A stretch of 64,000 bases of DNA from an uncultured Chloroflexia bacterium (GTDB taxonomy: Bacteria; Chloroflexota; Limnocylindria; Limnocylindrales; CSP1-4): the NCBI GenBank assembly GCA_963763775.1, contig CAVXPZ010000001.1, positions 864,001 through 928,000 on the forward strand, written 5' to 3'. Both the position numbers and the translations under genes were made by a program. Below the pieces are notes generated by a model, which had not been told where the DNA came from, made no database searches, and saw only the letters and a program-made list of their open reading frames with translations. This document shows positions 41,625-52,223 of this stretch, in pieces. Numbering within the stretch: the first letter of the stretch is position 1; each line of letters opens with the position of its first letter.

Positions 41625-42078
41625 TCAGAGCTTCTTGCGCAGGTACGCGGTCACCGAGGCGTCGTACCCGAGCAATTCGTACAGGTGGCGCGCCTCCGGG
41701 CGGTGATGACCCGCGGTGATCTCGACGAACGCCGCGCCGAGCTCGGCGCCGACGCGCTCGGCCTCGGCCATCAGCGCCCGGCCGACGCCGCGCTCGCGGG
41801 CGCCCGGCGTCCACGACCAGCGCGAGGATCCGCAGGATCCGGTCGTCGTGCTCGAACCTGGGCAGGGCGTGCACCGCGATGAACCCGAGCATGGCCCCGT
41901 CGTGCTCCGCGACGATCACCCGCGAGTGCGGGGAGGCGAACCGCTCGAGCCGCTCGACGATGTCGCTGGTGCCGGCGGGGTAGCCCTCGTCGGTGAAGAG
42001 CTGGGCGATCTGGTCGGCGTCGGCCGCGATGGCGGCGCGGAGGACGATGGGCGGGCGGTCCGTGGCGGGGTCGGTCAT
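41625..42078 (-). CDS. GNAT acetyltransferase (frameshift ~41800)
   Basis: LALVVD then RERGVGRALM (motif A) across the shift; ARHLYELLGY. Confidence 0.88.
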
Positions 42079-42510
42079 GCGGTGATGGTAGCGGGCCGCC
42101 GGACACGCAGGAACCGCCATGGCCCCTGGGGAGCCCCGCCACGATCGCAGACGGAACGGCCCGAGCGGACCGGGGGTCGCCGGGAGCGCCGGGATCGCGT
42201 CGAGGGCGGCGACCTCCCACCATGTCACCTGCGGGCCCTCCCCGTGACGGGCCAGTGTGGCCGTCAGACGGCCCTCCGTGGACGGCTCGAGCAACACGAA
42301 CCGGACCCCGTCCGGGAGCACCGCCATCCGGCACCGGGCGCCGAGCGCGACGTCGTCGTCCGCATCCGCGAGGTCCAGGCCGATCTCCGCTTCGGCGCGC
42401 TCGAGGTCGACGGTGACCCAGCCCACGCCGATGAGCCGCGCCCCGGCTGGCAGCGTCGCCCGCGCCGCCGCGACCGCGGTGTCCACGGCGGCCCCGATGG
42501 ACGGGGTCAC
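42075..42510 (-). CDS. Hypothetical VOC/glyoxalase-like protein (probable 3' frameshift)
   Basis: TVDLERA...VLLEPSTEGRLTATLARHGEG resembles the epimerase/VOC motif ELLEP...L...GEG. Confidence 0.55.
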
Positions 42511-43367
42511 CCGACGAGCAGCAGGTCCGGGGCCGGCTCGCCCACCATCTCGAAGCCCGCGTTGCGGTACAGGCGGATCGCCGGCTCGTTGTCGGCGAAC
42601 ACGCCGAGGTAGGTCCAGTCGCTTCCGGCGGCGATGGCATCCGCCGTCGCTGCCAGGGTGACGAGCTCGCCGAGCCCGCGACCGCGCGCCCACGCCGCCG
42701 TCCCGATCGACGAGAGGTAGCTGGCCCCCTCGAAGGTGGCGCGACGCGCGACGGCCGCGGGCCGGCCATCGACGCGGACCAGGTAGTGCATGAAGGCGGG
42801 GTTCGCGAGCGAGGCGGCCGTCTCGGCCTCGACGCCGGACCGCCGCTCGTCCTCGACGTCGAAGGCGTCGCACAGGACCGGCGTGACCGCGGCGAGTGCG
42901 GCCGTGGCCTGATCGCCGGACGTGCCGCTGAGGCGCTCGAGGCTGACCGACGGACCCAGCGGGTGGCGCGGGCCGCGGCGCGACGGCTCCGCGTCGACCA
43001 GCGCCATCACGCAGCCCATGCCCATGTCGCGGAACCCGTTGGCCTCGAGGCGCGCCACGAGGTCCGCGGGGGCATCGTGCGCCGGCGACGGCCAGATGTG
43101 GGGTTGGCGGCGCAGCGACGTGAACAGCACGAGGATCTCCGCCAGCCGCGTGTCGAACGCCTCCGGGTCGGCGGGCCAGTGGATCGCCTCGAGACGGTTC
43201 CAGAACGGCTCCGGGTCCCTGGGGTCGTGCAGCAGGATGGCGTCGCCGAGGTCGCGCAGCTCGCGATCGGGCATGGCGTGGACGCGCGCCTCGTGCACGA
43301 GGAGGCGACGCATCGTCTTCGCGTCGATGACGCGGCGCAGCCGGTCGTTCGGTCGGGCCTCCTGCAT
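42507..43367 (-). CDS. GNAT acetyltransferase
   Basis: SIGTAAWARGRGLG, NEPAIRLYRNAGF. Confidence 0.9.
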   Translation of the reverse strand: MQEARPNDRLRRVIDAKTMRRLLVHEARVHAMPDRELRDLGDAILLHDPRDPEPFWNRLEAIHWPADPEAFDTRLAEILVLFTSLRRQPHIWPSPAHDAPADLVARLEANGFRDMGMGCVMALVDAEPSRRGPRHPLGPSVSLERLSGTSGDQATAALAAVTPVLCDAFDVEDERRSGVEAETAASLANPAFMHYLVRVDGRPAAVARRATFEGASYLSSIGTAAWARGRGLGELVTLAATADAIAAGSDWTYLGVFADNEPAIRLYRNAGFEMVGEPAPDLLLVG

Positions 43368-43411
43368 GCTCGAACGATACCCGGCGCGGGTCAGGCCGGC
43401 CCGGGCGCGGT

Positions 43412-44436
43412 TCAGCCGGCGGTCGGTCGCTCCAGGACGAGGATCGTGGCGCCCGAGGGCAGGTCGACGAGCGTCGGCTCGGGCAGGCCGGCCGCCGCGA
43501 ACCACGACCGGAACCCGTCGCGGGTGGCGAGCGCGGTCCCCTGGTAGAGCTCGTCGAGCTGGACGCCGGCGATGAGCTCCCCGTGGCGGGTCCGGAACTC
43601 GTCCGAGCCCGACGGCAGCGGCCAGTCGAGCACGACGATCCGGCCGCCGGGTCGGAGCGCCGACCAGGCGGCGCGGAGGGCGCCGGCCGGGTCGGCCAGC
43701 TGGTGGAGCGCGTACTGGAAATACGCGAGGGTGTAGGCGGCCTCCGGGCCCGGCCTGCCGACGTCCGCCTGCCGGATCGAGATCCGGTCGCTCAGCCCGG
43801 CCGCCTCGACGTTGGCCCGCGCGCGGGCCACGGAGTCCGGCTCGGACTCGACGCCGACGAGCCGGAGCTCGGGGAAGCGGCGCGCCATCGCGATGAGCCA
43901 ACGGCCGCCGCCGCAGTGGATATCGACCACGTCCCCGCCACGCGCCAGGTCGGCGACGAGCTGCGGAAGCGCGGCGAGGGCCTCCTGGAAGAAGACCGCG
44001 ACGTCCTGCACGGTCAGCCGCTCGATGGACTCGCGGTACCGGTCCGGGCGGGCGGCGACCGTCGTCCCGGTGCGGAAGAAGTCGAGCATCCCGCCCCAGT
44101 CGAGCGAGGCGACGACGGTGTGGGCGAACTGTCCGCCGAGGAACTCGGGCCGCTGGTCGTCCAGCAGGACGACGGCCGTCGCGTCGTCGATCGAGAGCCG
44201 GGCGTCGTCATCGAGGTCCGCGAGCCCGTGCGCGTCGGCGGCCCAGGCCCAGGTCGCGATCGCGTCCGCCTGGCAGCCCGTGGCGGTCGCGAGCTCGAGC
44301 GTCGTGAGGCCGGCCGGGCCCCGCAGCACCGCAGGGCCTCGAAGAGACCGAGCTCCACGCCGAGATAGACCAGCCACGTGCGGTGGAAACCGGCGAGGCT
44401 GGTCACGAGGTCGTCGAACCGGTCGTCGAGGTGCAT
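43412..44436 (-). CDS. SAM methyltransferase with N-terminal winged helix (frameshift ~44320)
   Basis: GVELGLFEALR, VVDIHCGGG, ALHQLADP, ALRPGGRIVVLD. Confidence 0.87.
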
Positions 44437-44466
44437 CTGGGCACCGATTGTCGCATGGCCCGGACA

Positions 44467-44503
44467 GCAGGACACCGTCCGGAGGAGTCGGACGGTGTCC
44501 TGC
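44467..44503 (-). terminator. Strong hairpin downstream of the 44541-45356 gene
   Basis: GCAGGACACCGTCCGG / TCGGACGGTGTCCTGC 16-bp stem. Confidence 0.7.
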
Positions 44504-44540
44504 GTCGGTGGCGATCCGGTGCCGTCGCGGCACCATCGGG

Positions 44541-45356
44541 TCAGCGGTCGTTGAGCCGAACGCCGCCCGTGGCGTAGGCGATCGGGGCGTGGACGGTCCG
44601 CGAGAGCAGACCCTGCGAGTACGGGTTGGCCGCGAGGACGGTCCAGCGGTCGGCGGTGCCAGCCGCGAGGGCCACGTCGTCCGCCGTCTTGCCGGCGTAC
44701 GGGTCGCTGATGACGACCGCGTCGTCCACGGCCTTGCCGGGGAACGGGCGCGTGAGCGTCTCGAGGGGCATGCTCGGATCGAAGACCTTGCCGGAGTACG
44801 TGGTGGCCGGCGCGAACGGGACGAGACCCTTCTGCGCGGCCGTCTTGGGGCCGGCGCCCGAGATCGGGAACGTGCCGCTCGGGGTGATCTGGTTGCGATG
44901 CAGCTGGAGGACGCGCCCGTTCGGGGCGACCCACGTGGTCACGGGGGCGGTCGCGTCGCGGCTGTCGATGATGCGGCCGTCGGACGTCATGTCCGAACCG
45001 CGAGCTGCCACGGCGGCGGCGGCCATCCGGTCGCGGAGCTCGCCCTGGTGCTGGATGAGGATCCCGTCGGTGGTCGCGGCCGCGGCGGCGGCGTCGGCGA
45101 GCTCACCCTGGTGCTGGATCAGGCGGTCGTCCCGAGCCGGGAACAACGGGGCCTTCTCGCCCATCCGCTGGACGAGGAGCGCGTGCTGGACGTCGGCCGG
45201 AACGGCGCCGGCGGCGGGTGCCGCCTTGATGCCCTGGCCGAACGCGATCCCGATGGCGCCGAGCGCGAGGGCGCCGGCGACGAGGGCCACCGCACCGAAC
45301 GGGGCGGCGGACTTGGTGGACTGCCCGGCGGCGGGCTGGCTGATGGTGGCGGACAT
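44541..45356 (-). CDS. Hypothetical exported protein with internal repeat
   Basis: N-terminal hydrophobic helix; LIQHQGEL twice; SD-like AAGGAGAAGGA; own terminator. Confidence 0.75.
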   Translation of the reverse strand: MSATISQPAAGQSTKSAAPFGAVALVAGALALGAIGIAFGQGIKAAPAAGAVPADVQHALLVQRMGEKAPLFPARDDRLIQHQGELADAAAAAATTDGILIQHQGELRDRMAAAAVAARGSDMTSDGRIIDSRDATAPVTTWVAPNGRVLQLHRNQITPSGTFPISGAGPKTAAQKGLVPFAPATTYSGKVFDPSMPLETLTRPFPGKAVDDAVVISDPYAGKTADDVALAAGTADRWTVLAANPYSQGLLSRTVHAPIAYATGGVRLNDR

Positions 45357-45570
45357 TCGTCCTTCTCCTTGGTTCGTTCCGGAACGTCGGTCGGGACATC
45401 CGATCGAGCGTCCGTGGCGATGCCGCCATGCTCGGCTCGGGCCTTGATGCCGCCATCGGGCCCGGTCCCTACCCGTCCACCGGGTGCCGCCTCAATCTCC
45501 GGGGCACGCCGGGGCCGGGTACCTTATGGCCGATGCAACGGTCCCGAGGGCGCGACGGTTCTACGAGGTG

Positions 45571-46173
45571 ATGGACACCGACAACCAGCTCGTCGACGCC
45601 CTCGCGAGCGACCTGGATGGCACGTTCGAGGCCCTCGTGCTCGCGCATCAGGACCGCTGCTACTCGATCGCCCTGCGGATGCTCGGCGACCCCGGTGCGG
45701 CGGAGGAGGCGGCGCAGGACGCACTCGTCCGCGCGTACCGAGCGCTCGGCACGTACGAGCCGGCACGGATCCGCGAGCTTCGCCTGCGGCCCTGGCTGGC
45801 CACGATCGTCCTCAACCTCTGCCGCACGCGGCTGGCCCGGCGGCGGACGGCGGGCCGCGAGCCGCTCTCGCTCGACCTCGAGGGCTCGACGCTCCCGGAG
45901 CCGGTCGCGACCGATGCGTCGGCATCGCCGACGGCCGTCCTCGACCGCCGCGCCGAACGGGACGAGTGGGCCGCCCTCCTGGCCGGATTGCCGCCGGCGT
46001 ACCGGGCCGCCGTCGTCCTGCGTCACGTGGACGGCCTGTCCTATCCCGACCTCGCCCGAGCCCTCGACCGACCCGAAGGCACTGTCAAGGCCCAGGTCCA
46101 CCGGGGCCTGGCGATGTTGCGCACGGCCTACGAGGCGGCGGACCGCGTCGCCTGCCAGGAGATGACCGCATGA
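45571..46173 (+). CDS. ECF (sigma-70 group 4) RNA polymerase sigma factor
   Basis: AEEAAQDALVRAY, PWLATIVLNLCR (region 2); LPPAYRAAVVLRHVDGLSY...EGTVKAQVHRG (region 4); start 45526-45571. Confidence 0.94.
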   Translation: MDTDNQLVDALASDLDGTFEALVLAHQDRCYSIALRMLGDPGAAEEAAQDALVRAYRALGTYEPARIRELRLRPWLATIVLNLCRTRLARRRTAGREPLSLDLEGSTLPEPVATDASASPTAVLDRRAERDEWAALLAGLPPAYRAAVVLRHVDGLSYPDLARALDRPEGTVKAQVHRGLAMLRTAYEAADRVACQEMTA

Positions 46174-46963
46174 CCCTCGACGACCGCACGCTGGAGGCCG
46201 CCATGGCCGACCTGGCGACCACCGCGCCGCCGACGCTCGCCTCGAACACGCTCGTCGCCGTGGGCCTGGCCGACCACATGGCCCGCATGGACTCGGTGAT
46301 CGGGCCGCTGTACGTCGCCTGGAACGGGCTCGGCGTGAGCGCGGTGGAGTCCGAGGAGTTCGCGGCCACCCACGCCGCGCGGACCGGGCGTCGCGTGTAC
46401 CCCGGTGGACGCGCTGCCGCCGGACCTCGCGGCCGCGATCCACCGCCGCCTCGCCGGCGAGCGCGCACGTGCGGATCGACCTCGACCTGCGCGGCCACAG
46501 CGACTTCGAGCGCGACGTCTGGCGCAAGGCCCTCGACATCCCGCGCGGCGAGGTCCGGCCGTACGGCTGGATCGCGGGCGAGATCGGCCGGCCGAAGGCC
46601 GTCCGTGCGGTCGGGACGGCCCTGGGGCACAACCCCGTGCCGCTCATCGTGCCGTGCCACCGGGTGGTCCGCACCGACGGCACGATCGGGCAGTACTCCC
46701 TCGGCGGCCCCGAGAACAAGCGGACGATCCTCGCGTCCGAAGGCCTCGACCCCGACGCGATGGAGGCCGCCGCGCGGCGCGGAGAGCGGCTCATCGGCTG
46801 CGCGTCGACGGGCATCGTGTGCTGGCCCACGTGTCGGACCGGCCGGCACATGCTGCCGAAGAACCGACGGCCGTTCCGGTCTCTCGCGGCCGCCGCGGAC
46901 GCCGGCTACCGGCCGTGCAAGGTCTGCCGGCCCGCGTCCGGCGCGGGATCCGTCGCCGCCTAG
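46170..46963 (+). CDS. ogt: O6-methylguanine-DNA methyltransferase with C-terminal Ada Zn-binding domain (frameshifts ~46405, ~46465)
   Basis: IPRGEVRPYG, RAVGTALGHNPVPLIVPCHRV; C-terminal STGIVCWPTC...GYRPCKVCRP. Confidence 0.9.
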
Positions 46964-47047
46964 GGCAGCCGACCCGGTCACCCTGTTGTCCTACTGGACT
47001 AGGCCAACCGGCCCGCGTACACTGCCCTGATCTTGGACCAACCACCT

Positions 47048-48057
47048 ATGCCAACGGCGCCGCCTGCCCGCCCGAACCAGGGGCCGGGGATCTGGCTCGG
47101 GATGCTCGTGCTCTACCTCGTGTGGGGCTCGACCTATCTCGGGATCGCGGTCGCGGTGGACACGATCCCGCCGTTCGTGATGGCGGCCGCGAGGTTCGCG
47201 CTCGCGGGCCTGGTCCTGCTGCTCTGGTCGCTCGCCCGCGACCGCGGGACGCTTCGCCTGGCCGTCGCGGCGCGAGTGGCGGGACTCGGCGATCGTCGGC
47301 GCGCTCCTGCTCGGCGGCGGCATGGGCATGGTGGCGTTCGGCGAGCAGACGATCCCGTCCGGCATCACCGCCCTCCTCATCGCCCTGATGCCCGTCTGGG
47401 TCGCGGTGTTCGGGGCCGTCCTGCTCGGCGAGCGGCTCCCGCGGCTGGCGGTGATCGGCATCGCGATCGGGTTCGTCGGTGTCGCCGTCCTGGCCGGCCC
47501 GTCGGCGTTCGGCGGGACCGGCGCGCTGGAGCCCACTCGGGCTCGTGGCCGTGCTGCTCTCGCCGATCTGCTGGTCGCTCGGGTCGCTCTTCGCCTCGCA
47601 CCGCGCGACGCTGCCCCGCCAGCCGCTGATGGCGACGAGCGCGCAGATGCTGACAGGCGGCGCGGTGCTGGCGATCATGGGCCTCGCGGCGGGCGAGTTC
47701 GGGCGGTTCGATCCCGCCCAGGTGTCGAGCGAGTCGATCACCGCGTTCCTGTACCTGACGATCATCGGCAGCCTGCTCGCCTTCACGACGTACGGCTGGC
47801 TCCTTCGCAAGGCGCCGCTGCCGCTCATCGCGACCTACGCGTATGTGAACCCGATCGTCGCCGTCGCGCTCGGGGCGCTCGTGCTGCACGAGCCCATCGA
47901 GCCGAGGACCCTCGTCGCGGGCGCGATCATCATCGCCGGGGTGGCGCTCATCGTGACCGCGCGCGGTCGGATGGCGCGGCCGCGGACCATCGCGGAGCCC
48001 GCGGACGTCGGCATCGAGGCCGCGCCCGCGGCCGTCCGGCCCGCCACCAGCGCGTAG
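47048..48057 (+). CDS. EamA/DMT transporter (frameshifts ~47260, ~47535)
   Basis: YLVWGSTYLGI, IPSGITALLIA, TYAYVNPIVAVALG. Confidence 0.9.
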
Positions 48058-48063
48058 TCCCGG

Positions 48064-50066
48064 TCACCCCTCCGCGAGGATCGTCCGCGAGACGCGTCGC
48101 GCGAGCGCCATGACCGTGACCATCGGGTTGACGCCGATCCCGGTCGGGAAGAGCGAGCCGTCACCGACGTACAGGCCCCGAACGACCCGGTCCGCCGAGC
48201 CGGCACCGCCCGTCCCGACCCGCACACGGCCCCACGGATCGCAGGCGTGGGTCCGCGCGTCCGCGCCCATCCGTACCGACCCCATCTGGTGGGCCGAGAA
48301 CACCGTGCCGCGGTTCGGCGCGAAGTCGAAGGCCTCCAGGGCCGCCTCGAACGCGGCGAACGCCGCCGTCTCGGCGCCCGGTTCGAGGCCCGCGCGTCGG
48401 TGCCAGCGCGGCGGCGTCCCGAGGGCGACGATGTCGTTCGCGCCCGCCGCGCGGACGAGGCGTGCCATCCGGACCAGGCCGTGCCGGAGGGTCGCGACCC
48501 CGGTCGCATCGAGGCGGTAGTCGATGCGCACGCGCCCGGCCTTCGTCAGGGTCAGGCGGCCCTCGCCGCCGTCGCGCGTCACCGCGATCAACGGCGCGAT
48601 GCGGGACGCGCCGGCCATCACCTCGGCATGGGCGGCCCGACCCTCCCACGGGAGGGCCAGCGCCATCAGTCCCGGGTGCCCGGGCGCCGACTCGATCACG
48701 TACCCGTTGCGCCCGGGTGCGCCCGCACCGAACTCCAGGGAGCGGGCCCCCTGCATCGTGCCGCGCCACATCTCGATCGGTTCGCTGAAACGGCCCGCGA
48801 TGACCGACACGGGGTGCAGCCGGAGGTTCCTCCCGGTCGCCGGGTGGTCGATACCGGTCCGCTGGAGGATCGCCGGGGTCCGCAGGGCCCCCGCGGCCAG
48901 CACGACGGTCGCCGCACGCACCTCGAGCGGCCGGCCGTTCGCGACGGTCGCCTCGACGCCGACCGCACGGCCGCCCTCGACGATGACCCGCTGGACGTCC
49001 GCGCCCGCGACGATCCGGGCACCGGCCATCGCCGCCCGAGCCAGGTGGACGCGGATCCCGGACTGCTTCGCCCCACGACGGCAGCCGAAGGGGCAGCTCC
49101 CGCAGTCGCCGCACGCGGTCGCGTTCCGGCGCATCGGGGCGGCCTCCCAGCCGAGTGCGCGGGCGCCGCGCAGGATGACGGCGTCCTTGGGCGGGATGTG
49201 GGTCGCCTCGGCGACGCCGAGGTCGGCCTCGACGGCGGCGACATCGTCGGTCCAGGCGGATCCGTCCTCGACGCCCTCCAGCCCGTGGTCGGATGCCCAG
49301 TCGGCCCGGACGTCGGCCGGGGCCTCGATGCAGGTCATCCAGTTCACGAGCGTGCCGCCGCCGACGCCGCGCCCCGACAGCATCGTCACCGAGCCGTCCC
49401 ACGTGGTCAGCAGCCCGTGGTCGAGGTAGAGCCGGTCGAAGGCGGCGAGCTCGTCGGTCGGCATCGTCGACTCGTCCGACGAACTCCCCGGCCTCGAGGA
49501 CGACGACGGACCGGCCGGCCTCGGCCAGCGCGGCCGCGATGACCCCGCCGCCGGCCCCGGACCCGACGACCACGACGTCCGCGTCGAGCACGATCGGCGA
49601 CGCAGGCGTCGGCGCCATCCCCGCCACCCACGGGCACGAACGGCGTGATGGGCGCCCGGTCGGACGTCACCGGCGGCGAGTCCGGCCGGTAGTCGATGAG
49701 GGCATGGAGCGGGTTCGGGCCGCCGTTGCCGGGATCGGCATACGCCAGGAACGTGAGGAGCTTGCGGAGCGCCTGGAACGCGGAGCGGCGCATCGGCAGG
49801 CGCGAGGTGCCCCAGCCCAGGAGATAGCGTTCGCGGGCGTCGAGCGGCATCGCGCTGAAGCCGGACGCCCGGCCGCACAGGGCAAGGTTCGCGGCCCGGG
49901 ACTCCATCAGCCGGAGCACCAGCGACAACTGCGCCCGCTGTGCGGGATCGGCCGCGACCGCGAGGCCGTCGGCGGCGAGCCGCGCTCGGCGGGCCGGGTC
50001 GTGGGCGACGAAGGTCTCGGCCAGCGCCGTCAGCGTCGCCAGCTCTCGATCGGCGGTCTCGGTCAA
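48064..50066 (-). CDS. GMC oxidoreductase, long-chain alcohol oxidase-like (frameshifts ~49475, ~49610)
   Basis: VVVGSGAGGG, GGGTLVNW, CGDCGSCPFGC, GRNLRLHP, SAHQMGSVRMG, FPTGIGVNPMVT. Confidence 0.9.
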
Positions 50067-50261
50067 CGGGTCCTCCGGGCTCGGCCGGAGTATGACCGCG
50101 CGGGCGGACGCATCGCTGGGTTACGGGACGGGGTCGCGCGGACCACGTTCGATACGGACCAAGGTCGCGGCGGTGGCGTCCGCGGGTCGCTCGCGGTCCG
50201 CTTCGGCCGCACGCGGCCCCGACCCCTTGTCGGGAGGCTGCCGGGCTGGCTAGCCTCGGGC

Positions 50262-52205
50262 ATGGACGCCGTCGCGCCGGGACGATCAGGTCGGGCGATG
50301 CCCGCCGCGGCCCTCGCGCCGTTGACACCGGCGGCACCCCCGGCACCGACCGCGACCGGCCACGGATCGGCCTCCCCGGTCGCGACCTTCCTCGAGCGGG
50401 TCCACGAGCGGCACCGCGACCGCACCGACGGCACGGTCGCGACGTATATCCCCGCCCTCGCGGCCGCCGACTCGTCGTGGTTCGGCGTCGCGCTGATGAC
50501 GGTCGACGGGACCGGCTACGACGTCGGCGACAGCCGTCAGCCGTTCACGATCCAGTCGATCTCGAAGCCGTTCACCTATGGCCTCGTCCTCGACGCCCTC
50601 GGCGAGCCGGAGGTCCGCCGACGGATCGGCGTCGAACCGACCGGGGACGCCTTCAACTCGATCACGCTTGCGCCCGGGAGCGGGATCCCGCTCAACCCGA
50701 TGGTGAACGCCGGCGCGATCACCGCGGCGGCCATGGTCGCGATGATCCCGGGCGTCGACCCCCTCTCGCACGTCGTCGAGCGCTTCTCGGCCGCCGCGGG
50801 ACGCCGCCTCGGGATCGACGACGCCGTCCATCGGTCGGAACGCGACACGGGGCACCGCAACCGCGCCATCGGCCATCTGTTGCGAGCGTCACGCGCGCTC
50901 GACGATGACCCCGAGGCGGCGCTCGACCGCTACTTCGCCCAGTGCTCGATCACCGTGGACGCGGTCGCGCTCGCCACGATGGCCGCGACCCTCGCGAACG
51001 GCGGCGTGAACCCGGTCAGCGGGGAGCGCGTGCTCGCGGCCGGCACGGTCCGCTCGGTCCTGAGCGTCATGGCGACCTGCGGCATGTACGACGCCGCCGG
51101 GGAGTGGCTCTACACGGTCGGGCTCCCGGCGAAGAGCGGCGTCGCCGGGGGCGTCCTCGCGGTGGTGCCCGGCGAGCTCGGGATCGCGATCTTCTCGCCA
51201 CCGCTCGATGCGCAGGGCAACAGCGTGCGCGGCGTCGAGGTGTGCCGCGACCTCGTGCGCGAGCTCGACCTGCACCTGCTCGGACGCGGGCCGGCGTCGG
51301 TGCCGCCGCTGCGCGCCAGGCACACGGTCGGACGCCTCGGTTCCAAGCGCGGCCGGACGCCGTCGGAGCGGACCGTCATCGCCCGCGGCGCCTGGCAGGC
51401 CGAGGTGCGCCAGCTCCAGGGCGACCTGACGTTCCTCGCCGCCGAACGGGCGATCCGAGGCCTGGAGGACCCGACCGGAGGTCCACGCTGGGTGGCCCTC
51501 GACCTCGGCCGCACGACGGACATCGAGCCCGGCGCGATCGGGCTCCTCGCGGACCTCGTCGTCGCGATGCGGGCGGACGGCCGCGACCTCGCCGTCGCCA
51601 GCGGGTCCGCCCATCTCGAGGCGCTGGACGCGCTGGACGCCCGTCTCGCCGCGACCGGGCAGCCGGTCGTCCGACGGTTCCCCGACGGCGACCGCGCCCG
51701 GGAGTGGGGCGAGGAGTCGATCCTCGACGACGCGGCCGCCTCGAGCCCCGGGCTTCCCGACCACGACCCGCTGTCGGACGACGAGGCGTTGTTCGGCGGG
51801 CTCTCGGCGGCCGAGCGAACGGCGCTCCAGCACCGCTTCGAACGCCGGCTCTACGCCCCGGGCTCGGTCGTCGTCCGGCGCGGCGACGAGGCGACCGAGC
51901 TGTTCCTCGTGGTCTCGGGGCGGCTGAGCGTCACCGTCGACCGGCCGGACGGCATCAGCCGCCGCCTCACGACGCTCTCGGGCGGCATGGTGTTCGGGGA
52001 GCTGGCGTTCGTCGCGCGCGACCGGCGCACCGCGGACGTGCACGCGGACACCATGGTCGAGTGCCTGGTCCTCGAGGCCGGGGCGTTCGAGGCGCTCCTG
52101 GCCGACGAGCCGCACATCGCCGCGGTCATCCTCTCGAACCTGCTGCGGATCGTGGGCGGCACCGCCCGGCGGCTGACCGACGAGCTCGCGGTGGCGGTCG
52201 ACTGA
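50262..52205 (+). CDS. glsA: Glutaminase A with STAS-like and cNMP-binding domains
   Basis: QSISKPF, EPTGDAFN, NPMVNAGAI, CGMYD, PAKSGVAGG; C-terminal FGELAF...RTADV. Confidence 0.94.
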   Translation: MDAVAPGRSGRAMPAAALAPLTPAAPPAPTATGHGSASPVATFLERVHERHRDRTDGTVATYIPALAAADSSWFGVALMTVDGTGYDVGDSRQPFTIQSISKPFTYGLVLDALGEPEVRRRIGVEPTGDAFNSITLAPGSGIPLNPMVNAGAITAAAMVAMIPGVDPLSHVVERFSAAAGRRLGIDDAVHRSERDTGHRNRAIGHLLRASRALDDDPEAALDRYFAQCSITVDAVALATMAATLANGGVNPVSGERVLAAGTVRSVLSVMATCGMYDAAGEWLYTVGLPAKSGVAGGVLAVVPGELGIAIFSPPLDAQGNSVRGVEVCRDLVRELDLHLLGRGPASVPPLRARHTVGRLGSKRGRTPSERTVIARGAWQAEVRQLQGDLTFLAAERAIRGLEDPTGGPRWVALDLGRTTDIEPGAIGLLADLVVAMRADGRDLAVASGSAHLEALDALDARLAATGQPVVRRFPDGDRAREWGEESILDDAAASSPGLPDHDPLSDDEALFGGLSAAERTALQHRFERRLYAPGSVVVRRGDEATELFLVVSGRLSVTVDRPDGISRRLTTLSGGMVFGELAFVARDRRTADVHADTMVECLVLEAGAFEALLADEPHIAAVILSNLLRIVGGTARRLTDELAVAVD

Positions 52206-52223
52206 TCCGGCGCGGGCCGATCC

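Noticed and set aside
41056-42873. 605-aa VOC-GNAT fusion ORF
   Set aside because: Chained by frameshifts; the GNAT at 42078 has its own -10 and ATG
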